64,000 nt of DNA from Oscillospiraceae bacterium (lineage in GTDB: Bacteria > Bacillota > Clostridia > Oscillospirales > Oscillospiraceae), in contig JAHHSD010000004.1 in NCBI GenBank assembly GCA_020025425.1, positions 1,940 to 65,939 on the forward strand, in the 5' to 3' direction. Positions 29,752 to 39,521 of this stretch are shown piece by piece. The notes under the pieces were generated by a model, which was given only the letters and a program-made list of their open reading frames with translations, had not been told where the DNA came from and did no database searches. Both the position numbers and the translations under genes were made by a program. Each line of letters begins with the position of its first letter. Within the stretch, counting starts at the first letter, position 1.

Positions 29752-30966
29752 ATGAATGATCTCACCTTTCAGCCGCTGCTCTTCGGCGGCGATATCAACG
29801 TGTACAGCGTGGCCCGGGCCTTCCATGAGGCCTACGGTGTGAAAAGTGTGGCCTTCGGCAAATTCCACACCTTCCCCTGCGCATACAGCTCCATCATCGA
29901 CTACCGCACCTGCCCCAGCAATGAGGACCCGGACACCTTCCTGAAAAACGTGGAGGAGGTCTGCCGGGAGTTTTCCGATAAGACGGTGATCGTGCTGGGC
30001 TGCGGGGACAGCTATGTGCAGCTGGCCGCCCATCTGAAGGACAAAATGCCCAAAAACGCCCTGGCCCCCTACATCTCCGGGGAGCTGATGGACAAGCTCA
30101 TCAACAAGGAGCATTTCTATGCCCTGTGCGACCAGTACGGCATCGACCACCCCGCCACCGTGATCTATGACAAATCCATGGGCCACGACTTCGAGCTGCC
30201 CTGGGACTTCCCCTGCATCGCCAAGCCCGCCGACGGCGTGGCCTACTGGGAGCACGAGTTTGAGGGGATCAAAAAGGTCTACATCTGCCAGGACCGCCAG
30301 GAGCTGCTGGACGCCCTGGATGCGGTGTACGCCGCGGGCTACCCCGACCACATGATTTTGCAGGAGTTCATCCCCGGGGACGACACCTATATGCGGGTGA
30401 TGACCAACTACTCCGACGAGCAGGGCCGGGTGAAGCTCATGTGCCTGGGCCACGTCCTGCTGGAGGAGCACTCCCCCCACGGCATCGGCAACCACGCCGT
30501 CATCATCACCGAGCACGACGAGGCCCTCTCCCTGAAGATCAAAACTCTGCTGGAGGGCCTGCACTACACCGGCTTCTCCAACTTCGACATCAAGTATGAC
30601 AGCCGGGACGGCAAGTACAAGCTCTTTGAGATCAACTGCCGCCAGGGCCGGAGCAACTACTATGTCACCGGCGCCGGCTACAACATTGCCAAAATCCTGG
30701 TGGAGGACCGGCTGGAGCACAAGGACTCCCCTCTGGTCATCACCGAAAATCAGTCCCTGTGGCGGATGGTCCCCAAGAAGGTGGCCTTCGACTTTGTGCC
30801 CAAAGCCTACCACCAGCAGATGAAGACCCTGCTGCGCGCCGGGGCCGCCACCCACTCCCTGGAGTACCGGAAGGACTACACCCTGGGCCGGATCTGGCGG
30901 GTGTGGAAAACCCATGTGGGCAACATGGTCCGCTTCAACCGCCACAACAAGCGTCCGGAAAACTGA
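29752..30966 (+). CDS. ATP-grasp D-aspartate ligase family protein
   Basis: GGDINVYSVARAFHEAYG, CGDSYV, QEFIPGDD, NFDIKYD.RDG..KLFEINCRQGRSNYY. Confidence 0.85.
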   Translation: MNDLTFQPLLFGGDINVYSVARAFHEAYGVKSVAFGKFHTFPCAYSSIIDYRTCPSNEDPDTFLKNVEEVCREFSDKTVIVLGCGDSYVQLAAHLKDKMPKNALAPYISGELMDKLINKEHFYALCDQYGIDHPATVIYDKSMGHDFELPWDFPCIAKPADGVAYWEHEFEGIKKVYICQDRQELLDALDAVYAAGYPDHMILQEFIPGDDTYMRVMTNYSDEQGRVKLMCLGHVLLEEHSPHGIGNHAVIITEHDEALSLKIKTLLEGLHYTGFSNFDIKYDSRDGKYKLFEINCRQGRSNYYVTGAGYNIAKILVEDRLEHKDSPLVITENQSLWRMVPKKVAFDFVPKAYHQQMKTLLRAGAATHSLEYRKDYTLGRIWRVWKTHVGNMVRFNRHNKRPEN

Positions 30967-30986
30967 CGCCCGTGGGAGGAGACAGA

Positions 30987-31715
30987 ATGACTGCTATGAA
31001 CCAACATGACGCCCCGGAGCAGAAGCTGGGCGTGCTGGGCGGCATGGGGCCCCAGGCCACCCAGGTGTTTTACCAGTATGTGCTGGACCGCACCGACGCC
31101 TCCTGCGATCAGGAGCACCTGCCCACCCTGATCCTGTCGGACACCCTGATGCCCGACCGCACCCAGGCCATCCTCAGCGGTCAGACCGGCCCCATCTATC
31201 AGCGGCTGCTCAAGGACGCCAGGCTGCTGGAGAGCTGCGGCTGCACCGCCATTGCCATCCCCTGCAACACCTCCCACTACTTTGCGGACAAGCTCCAGAA
31301 GGAGATCGGCATTCCCATCATCCACATGATCCGGGAGACCGCCCGCGCCCTGGCCGCCAACGGCATGCGCCGCCCCGGCATCCTGGCCACCGACGGCACC
31401 ATCCAGACCGGGCTCTACCAGCGGGAATGCGCCGCCTGCGGTCTGGAGGCTGTGGCCCCCCCGCCCGAGATCCAGAAGCTGGTCATGTCCATCATCTACG
31501 ACGAGATCAAAGCCGGCGAACGGGGCAGCCGGGAAAAATTTGCCCAGATCGACCGTGCCCTGCTCTCCGCCGGCTGCGACTGCGCCATTCTGGCCTGCAC
31601 GGAGCTGTCCGTATTCCGGTGCTACCACAACCTGCCCAACTACTATGTGGACGCCATGGAGGTGCTGGCCGAGCGGGCCGTGGTGCGCTGCGGCAAGCAC
31701 CTGACCAACATCTAA
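30987..31715 (+). CDS. Aspartate/glutamate racemase family protein (aspartate racemase)
   Basis: LGVLGGMGP.AT, DQEH, IPCNTSH and LACTEL (two catalytic Cys). Confidence 0.88.
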   Translation: MTAMNQHDAPEQKLGVLGGMGPQATQVFYQYVLDRTDASCDQEHLPTLILSDTLMPDRTQAILSGQTGPIYQRLLKDARLLESCGCTAIAIPCNTSHYFADKLQKEIGIPIIHMIRETARALAANGMRRPGILATDGTIQTGLYQRECAACGLEAVAPPPEIQKLVMSIIYDEIKAGERGSREKFAQIDRALLSAGCDCAILACTELSVFRCYHNLPNYYVDAMEVLAERAVVRCGKHLTNI

Positions 31716-31720
31716 CCCAT

Positions 31721-31746
31721 AAAAGGAGCGCCCCGGCGCTCCTTTT
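31721..31746 (+). terminator. Stem-loop between racemase and murE-argB
   Basis: aaaaggagcgcc-cc-ggcgctcctttt. Confidence 0.6.
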
Positions 31747-31778
31747 TCCAATGATTTTACTTTTATGAGGTGTATCTG

Positions 31779-34145
31779 ATGCTGAATCTGTATCCCCTGG
31801 GCGAGTACTGCGCCCTGCTGGAAGATCGTGAGCTGCTGGCCGCTCCGCTGCCCGCCCTGCCCATAGACCGCACTGTGGAGCTTGTCTCCTGCAATTCCCA
31901 GGATGTGATCCCCGGCACCCTGTTCCTGTGCAAGGGCGCCCACTTCAAGGCGGACTACCTGGCCCAGGCCAAGGAGAAGGGGGCGGTGGCCTACCTCTCC
32001 GAGATACCCTATCCCCAGGTGGACCTGCCCTGCATCCTGGTCTCGGACATGCGCCTGGTGCTGGCCCCTGTGGCGGACAAGTACTACAACCACCCCTCTG
32101 CCGCCCTGGACGTCATCGGCATCACCGGCACCAAGGGCAAGTCCTCCACCACCTACTATCTGAAATACATTCTGGATGAGTACCTGGCCGAGACGGACCG
32201 GGGAGAGAGCGGCGTGATCTCCTCCATCGACACCTACGACGGCAAGGAGCGCTTTGAATCCCATCTCACCACCCCGGAGCCCCTGGACCTCCAGCGCCAC
32301 TTCGCCAACGCCGTGGAGGCCGGCATCCCCTACCTCACCATGGAGGTATCCAGCCAGGCCCTGAAATACCACCGGACCCTGGGGACCCGCTTCGCCGCCG
32401 CCTGCTTCCTGAATATCGGCACCGACCACATCTCTCCCATCGAGCACCCCGATTTCGAGGACTATTTCACCTCCAAGCTGAAGATCTTCGCCCAGGCCCA
32501 GGTCAGCTGCGTCAATCTGGACTGCGACCACGCCGACCGGGTGCTGGCCGCCGCCCAGGCCTCCGGCTCCCAGGTCATCACCTTCTCCCAAAAGGACCCC
32601 CAGGCCGACATCTACGCCAGCCAGGTCCGCAAGGAGGGCGGGGACATCCTCTTCCGGGTGAAGAGCCGCCGCTTCCTGCGGGAGTTCCGGCTGACCATGC
32701 CCGGCCTGTTCAACGTGGAGAACGCCCTGGCCGCCATCGCCGTGTGCCAGGGGCTGAACATCCCCGAGCGGTGCATCTATGTGGGCCTGATGAAGGCCAG
32801 GGTCCCCGGCCGCATGGAGGTCTACTCCAACGCCGACGAGACGGTCACCGCCATTGTGGACTACGCCCACAACCGCATGAGCTTCGAGACCCTGTTCCGC
32901 TCGGTCAAGGCCGAGTACCCCGGCCGGCGGATCGTCACCGTCTTTGGCTGCCCGGGCAAAAAGGCCCTGGACCGGCGCAAGGATCTGGGCGAGGTGTCCG
33001 GTCAGAACTCCGATCTGGTCATCCTCACCGAGGAGGACTCCGGCGAGGAGGATACCCTCTCCATCTGCCGGGAGATCGCCGGCCATGTGGAGGGACAGGG
33101 CTGCCAGTACTCCATCGAGCCCAACCGGGGTGAGGCCATCCGCCAGGCCATCCTGGGCTGCCGCCAGGCCACCGTCATCCTCATCACCGGAAAGGGCGCC
33201 GAGACCCGGCAGAAGCGGGGGATCGAGTATATCGACTGCCCCTCCGACGTGGACTACGTCCACACCTTCCTCCAGGAGTACGACGTCCAGCACGGTCTGG
33301 ACGGCATGGAGAAGGTGCGCAGCCTCCTCTCCCTCCTGCCCATCCTCAAGCGGGAGGCGGGCAAGACCGTGGTGGTCAAGTACGGCGGCTCCGCCCTGGC
33401 CAAGGGCCAGAACGTGGACACCATGCTCCAGGATGTGGCCGCCCTGCGCATGGTGGGCATGCGGGTGGTCCTGGTCCACGGCGGCGGCAAGCACATCACC
33501 GCCCTGCTGGACCGGCTCCAGGTGCCCACCCGCTTTGAGAACGGATACCGGGTCACCGACGACGCGGTGCTGGAGTCCGCCGAGATGGTGCTGTCCGCCC
33601 AGGTCAACAAGGCCATCGTCTCCGCCCTGAAGGGGCTGGAGGTGTCCGCCGTGGGCCTGTCCGGCAAGGACGGCGGGCTGATCACCGCCCGGTGCAAGGA
33701 CCAGGCCATAGGCCGGGTGGGGGAGATCACCAAGGTGGACCCCAAGGTGCTGGACACGCTGCTGGATGCCGGCTTCCTGCCCGTAGTCTCTCCCATCGCC
33801 ATGGGGGAGGACGGCCAGGGCTTCAACTGCAACGCCGACGACGCCGCCCGGGCCATTGCCGAGGCCATGGGTGCGGAGAAGCTGGTGTTCCTCACCGACA
33901 TCGGCGGCGTCCTCATCGACAGCCACAATGAGAAAACCGCGGTGGACCGCCTGGATGTGAAGCGGGCCGAGGAGCTGATCTCCAGCGGCCTGATCGCCGG
34001 GGGCATGGTGCCCAAGGTCCAGGGCTGCGTCCACGCCATCCAGGCCGGGGTGGGCGAGGTTTCCATCCTGGACGGCGGGGTGGAGCACGCCCTGCTGCTG
34101 AATGTCCTGCGCCAGCGGGTGCAGGGAACCACCATCACCGGCTGA
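31779..34145 (+). CDS. MurE-like UDP-MurNAc-tripeptide synthetase fused to acetylglutamate kinase (ArgB-like) domain
   Basis: N-part: GITGTKGKSST, TTPEP, MEVSSQAL, DH, VPGRME, VDYAHN, FGCPG, ITGKG.E; C-part: VVKYGGSAL, VHGGG, NCNAD, LTDIGG, GGMVPKV; one uninterrupted frame. Confidence 0.88.
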   Translation: MLNLYPLGEYCALLEDRELLAAPLPALPIDRTVELVSCNSQDVIPGTLFLCKGAHFKADYLAQAKEKGAVAYLSEIPYPQVDLPCILVSDMRLVLAPVADKYYNHPSAALDVIGITGTKGKSSTTYYLKYILDEYLAETDRGESGVISSIDTYDGKERFESHLTTPEPLDLQRHFANAVEAGIPYLTMEVSSQALKYHRTLGTRFAAACFLNIGTDHISPIEHPDFEDYFTSKLKIFAQAQVSCVNLDCDHADRVLAAAQASGSQVITFSQKDPQADIYASQVRKEGGDILFRVKSRRFLREFRLTMPGLFNVENALAAIAVCQGLNIPERCIYVGLMKARVPGRMEVYSNADETVTAIVDYAHNRMSFETLFRSVKAEYPGRRIVTVFGCPGKKALDRRKDLGEVSGQNSDLVILTEEDSGEEDTLSICREIAGHVEGQGCQYSIEPNRGEAIRQAILGCRQATVILITGKGAETRQKRGIEYIDCPSDVDYVHTFLQEYDVQHGLDGMEKVRSLLSLLPILKREAGKTVVVKYGGSALAKGQNVDTMLQDVAALRMVGMRVVLVHGGGKHITALLDRLQVPTRFENGYRVTDDAVLESAEMVLSAQVNKAIVSALKGLEVSAVGLSGKDGGLITARCKDQAIGRVGEITKVDPKVLDTLLDAGFLPVVSPIAMGEDGQGFNCNADDAARAIAEAMGAEKLVFLTDIGGVLIDSHNEKTAVDRLDVKRAEELISSGLIAGGMVPKVQGCVHAIQAGVGEVSILDGGVEHALLLNVLRQRVQGTTITG

Positions 34146-34153
34146 GTTCATAA

Positions 34154-34200
34154 AATAACCCCCCTGACGCGGTACCGGGTACCGCATCAGGGGGGTATTT
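34154..34200. terminator. Bidirectional terminator
   Basis: ccccctgacgcggtacc-g-ggtaccgcatcaggggg. Confidence 0.8.
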
Positions 34201-34209
34201 CGTATGATA

Positions 34210-34611
34210 TCAGTGCTTGGCGGCGATGTATGCGCCCAGCTTCTTATCCACAGTGCGGATGTGAGAGACCAGCACGCCGATGTGCTGATTCAGCTTGTTC
34301 AGGTCCGCAACGGAGGGGCCGGCGGCGGGGATGCCGGCGGCAATCTCCCGGAGCTTGGCGGTGTAGCCGCGGTGGAACTGCTGGTGGGCGGCCAGATTCT
34401 CAAAGCCGCTCTTCTGGTGCAGCTCCTCCTCGTGGGCAAAGTGGCGGTCCACATAGTTCAGCAGAAACTTGATGGTGGGCTCGATGCTGGAACGGCCCTG
34501 GCCCTTGGCGCATGCGTCCATCATGGCGTTGACTGCATTGAACAGCTCTCTGTGCTCATGGTCAATGATAAAATTTCCGGTCTCCAGATCCTTGGTCAGT
34601 TCATACTTCAT
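34210..34611 (-). CDS. Hemerythrin family protein
   Basis: IDHEHREL, HFAHEE, HQQFH, HIRTVD di-iron ligand pattern. Confidence 0.9.
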   Translation of the reverse strand: MKYELTKDLETGNFIIDHEHRELFNAVNAMMDACAKGQGRSSIEPTIKFLLNYVDRHFAHEEELHQKSGFENLAAHQQFHRGYTAKLREIAAGIPAAGPSVADLNKLNQHIGVLVSHIRTVDKKLGAYIAAKH

Positions 34612-34772
34612 GATTCATAGTCCTTTCTTTCTTTACGCAAGCCTTATCGCTTCAAAAGTGCACCCGTTCTGGTGGTGCAGATATATGGAAAGAATCGAGC
34701 TGTGCCGATTCTGCTTGCCTTGGTCAGTGACAGCAAGGACGGCCGCCGGAGCGGCCTCACCCCTGTCTATGC

Positions 34773-36059
34773 TCATTTCTTGACGATCATGTGCGACCGC
34801 GTCATGCAGTACTGGCGGATCTCCTTGAATTCCACCTGCATTCGGTCGAACTGGTCCTGAATGGGCGCTACCCGCATGGTCGCCTTCTGAATAATATCGT
34901 CAAAGTTCTCCTCCGCCACCTGGATGATGGTCCGATCCAGCTGGCCGGAGTCCGCCATCTCGTGGAGGATCCCCATGGTGCGCTCCTTGGAGTAGGCCTC
35001 CTTATAGCTCCGGGCCATACACAGCGCACTCAGAACGTCGGCCACGGCCACCAGCCGTTCCGGCATGGTCAGATCCTTCTCGGTCAGGCCAAGGGGATAG
35101 CCCTGGCCGTTGAGCTTCTCGTGGTGGCGCAGGGCGATGCGGATCGTCTCCTCGTCGGTGCAGCCGGCAATGATTTCTCCGCTCAGGATCACATGCTGGC
35201 GCATGATGTCCATTTCCTCCGGGGTCAGCCGGCCGGGCTTCTCCAAAATGGAGACCGGTGTGCCGATCTTGCCCAGATCGTGCATCAGAGCGCCGTAATA
35301 AATTTTCCTCTGGGTGTTTTCCGGCATCCCCATGAGCTTGGCCAGTTCCAGGCTGATCTCCATGACGCTTCGCGTATGGATCACAGTGGTGCGGCTGCGG
35401 AAATCAATGGCATTGATCAGGATGTGGAGGTAGGACTCCGCCTCCTCCTGAGGGAGCTCCTCCTGCTGGGGGAAGCGGTCAAACAGATCGTCGGAATTCA
35501 GGGCGTCCCAGGTGCCGCGGAGCCGGTCAGCCTCCCAGAACAGATCGATGCACTCCGGGGAAAAGGTGGTCCCGCGCAGCCGCTCCAGGTGGGTGGCCAT
35601 CAGCTCCTTTTCCGTCTGGTTCCGGTCATGCCAGACACAGATCCGATCCGCAACGTGCAGCATCTGTCCGTATCTCAGCAGCTCGGGATCATCCTCCCAG
35701 TCGGCATTGTAATTGGTGTGATGATACAGGACGATCCGCGCCAGCTTTTCCGGGAAAAAATCCCTTAAAAACAGGTAGCTGTAAATGGCGTGGTCCCAGA
35801 TATTCTTGGTCTCAAACTGCAGGAGCTTATCCACGTCCTCAGAGCGGTACGCACCAATATCATGGAACAGCGTCAGCAGCCGGAGCTTCCGCATCGTCTC
35901 CGGATCCAGCCGCCCCTCTGTCATCAGCATATCATGGAGGATGAGGGCCACCTTCATACCATGGTCCACCAGCCGGCGGTCCATGATATTGAGCGCCCGT
36001 CTCACCATGGTGATCACTTTTTTTCTGTCTACTAGCTGCATACCTTCTCTGACATTCAC
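34773..36059 (-). CDS. Dual HD / HD-GYP domain phosphodiesterase
   Basis: N-terminal FHDIG...YHH; C-terminal MHDLGK, KPGRLT, HHEKLNGQGYP; start may be ATG 36041. Confidence 0.85.
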   Translation of the reverse strand: MNVREGMQLVDRKKVITMVRRALNIMDRRLVDHGMKVALILHDMLMTEGRLDPETMRKLRLLTLFHDIGAYRSEDVDKLLQFETKNIWDHAIYSYLFLRDFFPEKLARIVLYHHTNYNADWEDDPELLRYGQMLHVADRICVWHDRNQTEKELMATHLERLRGTTFSPECIDLFWEADRLRGTWDALNSDDLFDRFPQQEELPQEEAESYLHILINAIDFRSRTTVIHTRSVMEISLELAKLMGMPENTQRKIYYGALMHDLGKIGTPVSILEKPGRLTPEEMDIMRQHVILSGEIIAGCTDEETIRIALRHHEKLNGQGYPLGLTEKDLTMPERLVAVADVLSALCMARSYKEAYSKERTMGILHEMADSGQLDRTIIQVAEENFDDIIQKATMRVAPIQDQFDRMQVEFKEIRQYCMTRSHMIVKK

Positions 36060-36310
36060 CCCAGCCTTCCGGAGAAGGGCCCTTTCTTCAGATAAAACAA
36101 CTTTTGTGCCATCCTACGGCCATTTTTATGTAAAATATACGAAAAATTTTCTCATTTAGGCCTGTAAAATTTTATCCTAAGTATAGCACCAATTTTATAA
36201 TATGCCAAGGACAATTTCGAGGATTTGTCTAATAATCCTGCACAAAATAAGGAATCGCCGCAGGGGGTATTCTCTCCAATCGGAACACCCGCTACGGCGA
36301 TTCTCTTTCT

Positions 36311-37507
36311 TCAGTTCATCGGGGTGGTGTAGATATAGGACACGGCGGGGTCGTCCCACAGGGCCAGCAGCTCGTCCCGGCGGCCCTCCGTCACGAAGCC
36401 ATACAGCCGCAGGCCGTCCCGCTCCACGCTCTCCCGGATGAGCCTGGGCAGGCTCCCCAGCGACCGGCCCATCATCTTGGAAAATTCGGGGTGGTCCTCC
36501 ACATAGGAGAGCATACTGGTGAAGTGGGTGGTCATCAGGTCCACATCCTCCACGTCCAACAGATCCCCATTGTTGTCCAGTACAGACAGATAGGGGTAGC
36601 GCTCCCGGTCCCAGTCCTGGCACATCCCGCCCCGTTTCCAGTTGAAGCCGATCATATCACGGATAAACTCTCCATCCTCATGCTCCGCATACACGGCGCA
36701 CCAGAGAGGAGACAAATCCTCATGCGTCTGGATCCATCGGACAAAGTCGGCGTAATCGGTGACTTTGTCCAAGGAGACATAGCCCTGGTATAGCTGGTCC
36801 TCAGGCCGACTTTCCAGCCGGGTCCGGGCCTCGCTCACCGTTCCAGCGGCTGCGCCGGGTTCGCCGTTCTCACCGCGGTAAAAATTATTTCCGGAAATGA
36901 TCTCCTCCGGGAGCAGGAATCCGTTGCCCGTGGGCGGGCGGAAGGCATCGGCATCATAGAAGATGAGCTGGTTTCGCTTCAAAATACCACTGACATTGTG
37001 GAACACCCCGGTCCGGGAGACAACTTGGGGGACAGTGATATGATAGACACCCCAGCCCTCAGACTGGACGTTCACCTCGTTCCGGTACCAGCCGGGGAGG
37101 AACAGCTCAGAGTACACCCCGAGATCCAACTCCATGCGCTCTGTGGTGAGATGCTCGTTCTTCTCATCCCGCCCCACGATCTGGGTGGGGTCATAATAGA
37201 AGTGATCCACCACCTTGGGCAGCAGAAAGATGGTGCACAGCACCAGGGTCAGTACCACCGCCCCGACGATCAGGCCCATTTTCACAAAGGCCCGGCGGAT
37301 GGACTTCTGGACTAGGGAGAGGAATTGGGTGTCGGTCCCATCCTCAGCGGCGGCGGGCAGCTCCTCGTCCAGGCTGGGGATATCGGCCGCGTCGAAGAGA
37401 TACTCCCCGATGGCGTCCTGCTTCTCGATATCGGACTCCACCTGTTGGCGGCGGTCCTCGTCCAGCTGGCCCGTCTGATACAGCTTCAATAATTCACGAT
37501 ATGTCAT
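36311..37507 (-). CDS. Putative anti-sigma factor (single TM, large extracellular domain)
   Basis: Overlaps ECF sigma stop; one TM near residues 75-97. Confidence 0.7.
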   Translation of the reverse strand: MTYRELLKLYQTGQLDEDRRQQVESDIEKQDAIGEYLFDAADIPSLDEELPAAAEDGTDTQFLSLVQKSIRRAFVKMGLIVGAVVLTLVLCTIFLLPKVVDHFYYDPTQIVGRDEKNEHLTTERMELDLGVYSELFLPGWYRNEVNVQSEGWGVYHITVPQVVSRTGVFHNVSGILKRNQLIFYDADAFRPPTGNGFLLPEEIISGNNFYRGENGEPGAAAGTVSEARTRLESRPEDQLYQGYVSLDKVTDYADFVRWIQTHEDLSPLWCAVYAEHEDGEFIRDMIGFNWKRGGMCQDWDRERYPYLSVLDNNGDLLDVEDVDLMTTHFTSMLSYVEDHPEFSKMMGRSLGSLPRLIRESVERDGLRLYGFVTEGRRDELLALWDDPAVSYIYTTPMN

Positions 37508-37991
37508 ATCCGTTCTCCTCCATCCATTGTTTCAGTTCTTTTCTGGCCCGACAGGCCAGGACCCGGACATGCTCGGGGGTGAGGTGGAGCACTGCCGCGA
37601 TCTCCCGCTGGGCCAGGCCGCCAAAGTACTGCATCTGCAGGATCTCCCGCTTGCGCGGCTCCAGATGGGCCAGGGCCCGGTACAGCATCCGCTGTCTCTC
37701 ATCCCGGAGGACCCGCTCCAGCAGATCGTCCTCCACCGGGGTGTCGTCCACCTGGTCGGTGAGGGTGAGCCTGCTCTCCCGTCTGCGGTGGTTGAGCCAG
37801 AGGTTCCGCGCCACCAGATAGAGCCAGGCCCGGATGTTGGCGTGGCTGTTGGGGAGGGAGAGGATGGCCTTCAGAAAGGTCTCCTGGATCAGGTCCTCGG
37901 CCAGAGGGGGACTTCCGCTCAGTGAGAGCAGGTAGAGATACAGCTCCCGGTAGTACCGCTGATACATCTCCTGCAAAAGTGCTTGATCCAT
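37494..37991 (-). CDS. ECF RNA polymerase sigma factor
   Basis: AEDLIQETFLKA, AWLYLVARN, region 4 REIAAVL...RARKEL. Confidence 0.92.
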   Translation of the reverse strand: MDQALLQEMYQRYYRELYLYLLSLSGSPPLAEDLIQETFLKAILSLPNSHANIRAWLYLVARNLWLNHRRRESRLTLTDQVDDTPVEDDLLERVLRDERQRMLYRALAHLEPRKREILQMQYFGGLAQREIAAVLHLTPEHVRVLACRARKELKQWMEENGYDIS

Positions 37992-38159
37992 GTGGTCATC
38001 TCCCTCCTTTCTGCCTATATAACAATTCCGGGGAAAAAATGTTACAGAGAAGCCGGAACTTTTCCCTCCCTTGATTTTCCCCTTTTCCCATGCTATCCTG
38101 ACATCAATCAGTCAAAGCCGCTCCGGATAGGCGGGCGCGGCAGAAAACGGGGTGAAGAG

Positions 38160-39464
38160 ATGGTCAGGGATATCGTTTTCCTCATACTCAAGTGGCTCCT
38201 GGCCCTGGTCGCCATTTTAACGGCAGGTATACTGTTCGCCCAGGGCAATCTGTTGGTGGGCAGTCTGGCCATCCTGGCCAGCGCAGTCTTTCTGGTCTAT
38301 CGGGTGGTCAGAATCGTGCAGTGGCGCAGGCAGGCGCGTCCGCCCCGGCTTCGGTGGTTCTTCTCCTGGTTCCTGCCTCTTCTGCTCCTGACCACAGCCC
38401 TGCCCTGGGGAATGTGGGTCCAGCTCCAGAAGCAGCCTGTCCCTTACAGGGAGCTGGTCACGGTCACAGGCCGGCTGGAGTCCCTGCGCCAGTCCAAGTT
38501 CACCCACGTCTCCAAATCCTCGGTCAGCTATGAATACCATTACTCCATCCTGCTCCAGTCCCAGGGGCGCTTCTTCCTGCCCTCCGGGCCTGCCGCGGAA
38601 AAAATGCAGGACATCAGGTCCTTCCTCACCTGGGCGGGCGAGGACACCCTCACCCTGCTCTGTGACGGGAACCGGCGGGTCTACCAGCTGAGCCGGGAGG
38701 ACGGCGACCAGCTGGTGACCTACGAACAGAGCGCGGAAAAAATCTGGCGGGCAGTGTGGGTGCAGATCGCCACCTGGCTGTGCTTCATCCTGCTGCTGGC
38801 GGGCACTTTGACTCTGCTGCCCAAGTGGCTCATGGAGGGCCCCACCTTCCGGGAGCGGGCCGTCCCATGGGGCATATTCCTGATGCTGATGGGTCTGTTC
38901 ACCCTTCTGGTCCTGACTTCCATACGCAACCCCAAGCGGCCGGAGGTGACCGATCTCCCGGCCTATACCTCGGTCCGGCTGTCCATCGGACAGGGGGCTG
39001 ACATCACCCTCCCGCCGGAGGGCTGGCGGGTGGTGGACCCGGAGGACGACTACCTCTGGGTCCAGCGGGAGCGGTCCTTTGTCAGCCACTTCATGCTGTG
39101 GGAGTATGACCGGCAGGCCGCCTGGACCGGGACCCGGGCGGAGTGGGAGCGGACGGCCATGGAGGAGAGCCGGAAGATCCTGCTGGACACCTTCCTGACG
39201 TCGGTCCGGCCTGATTGGGACCCCGGCCGGATCCTGGTGTGGACGGGTGCGGACGGCCGGTCCCAGGTCTATTCCGAGATCGTCGGCGCCGCTCAGGACA
39301 CCAGCCGGAACCACTTTTACCTGATCCCCCTGTATGACCGCCGGGCGGTGGCTCTGTTCCAGTCCTCCGCCTGCCGGGAGGTGGACTGGGAGGAACTGCA
39401 CGACTACGCCCAGCAGCATATCCTCCCCCTGATCGACACGCTGGAGGTGCAGCTGCCAGACTAA
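38160..39464 (+). CDS. Hypothetical multi-pass membrane protein
   Basis: About 5 hydrophobic segments plus soluble domains; no recognised motif. Confidence 0.6.
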   Translation: MVRDIVFLILKWLLALVAILTAGILFAQGNLLVGSLAILASAVFLVYRVVRIVQWRRQARPPRLRWFFSWFLPLLLLTTALPWGMWVQLQKQPVPYRELVTVTGRLESLRQSKFTHVSKSSVSYEYHYSILLQSQGRFFLPSGPAAEKMQDIRSFLTWAGEDTLTLLCDGNRRVYQLSREDGDQLVTYEQSAEKIWRAVWVQIATWLCFILLLAGTLTLLPKWLMEGPTFRERAVPWGIFLMLMGLFTLLVLTSIRNPKRPEVTDLPAYTSVRLSIGQGADITLPPEGWRVVDPEDDYLWVQRERSFVSHFMLWEYDRQAAWTGTRAEWERTAMEESRKILLDTFLTSVRPDWDPGRILVWTGADGRSQVYSEIVGAAQDTSRNHFYLIPLYDRRAVALFQSSACREVDWEELHDYAQQHILPLIDTLEVQLPD

Positions 39465-39467
39465 TTG

Positions 39468-39503
39468 GAAAGGCCCGTCCGGGGATGCCGGACGGGCCTT
39501 TTG
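39468..39503. terminator. Bidirectional terminator
   Basis: aaaggcccgtccgg...ccggacgggccttt. Confidence 0.8.
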
Positions 39504-39521
39504 TGCGGGATCGTGTAAAAC

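Noticed and set aside
30876..34187. Very long antisense ORFs (1103 aa here; also 24667-27330, 9226-11445, 55320-57815, 51040-53331)
   Set aside because: Shadow frames of GC-rich genes on the opposite strand; no motifs or RBS
34612..34772. c-di-GMP riboswitch between HD-GYP and hemerythrin genes
   Set aside because: Hairpins present but GEMM-type conserved sequences absent
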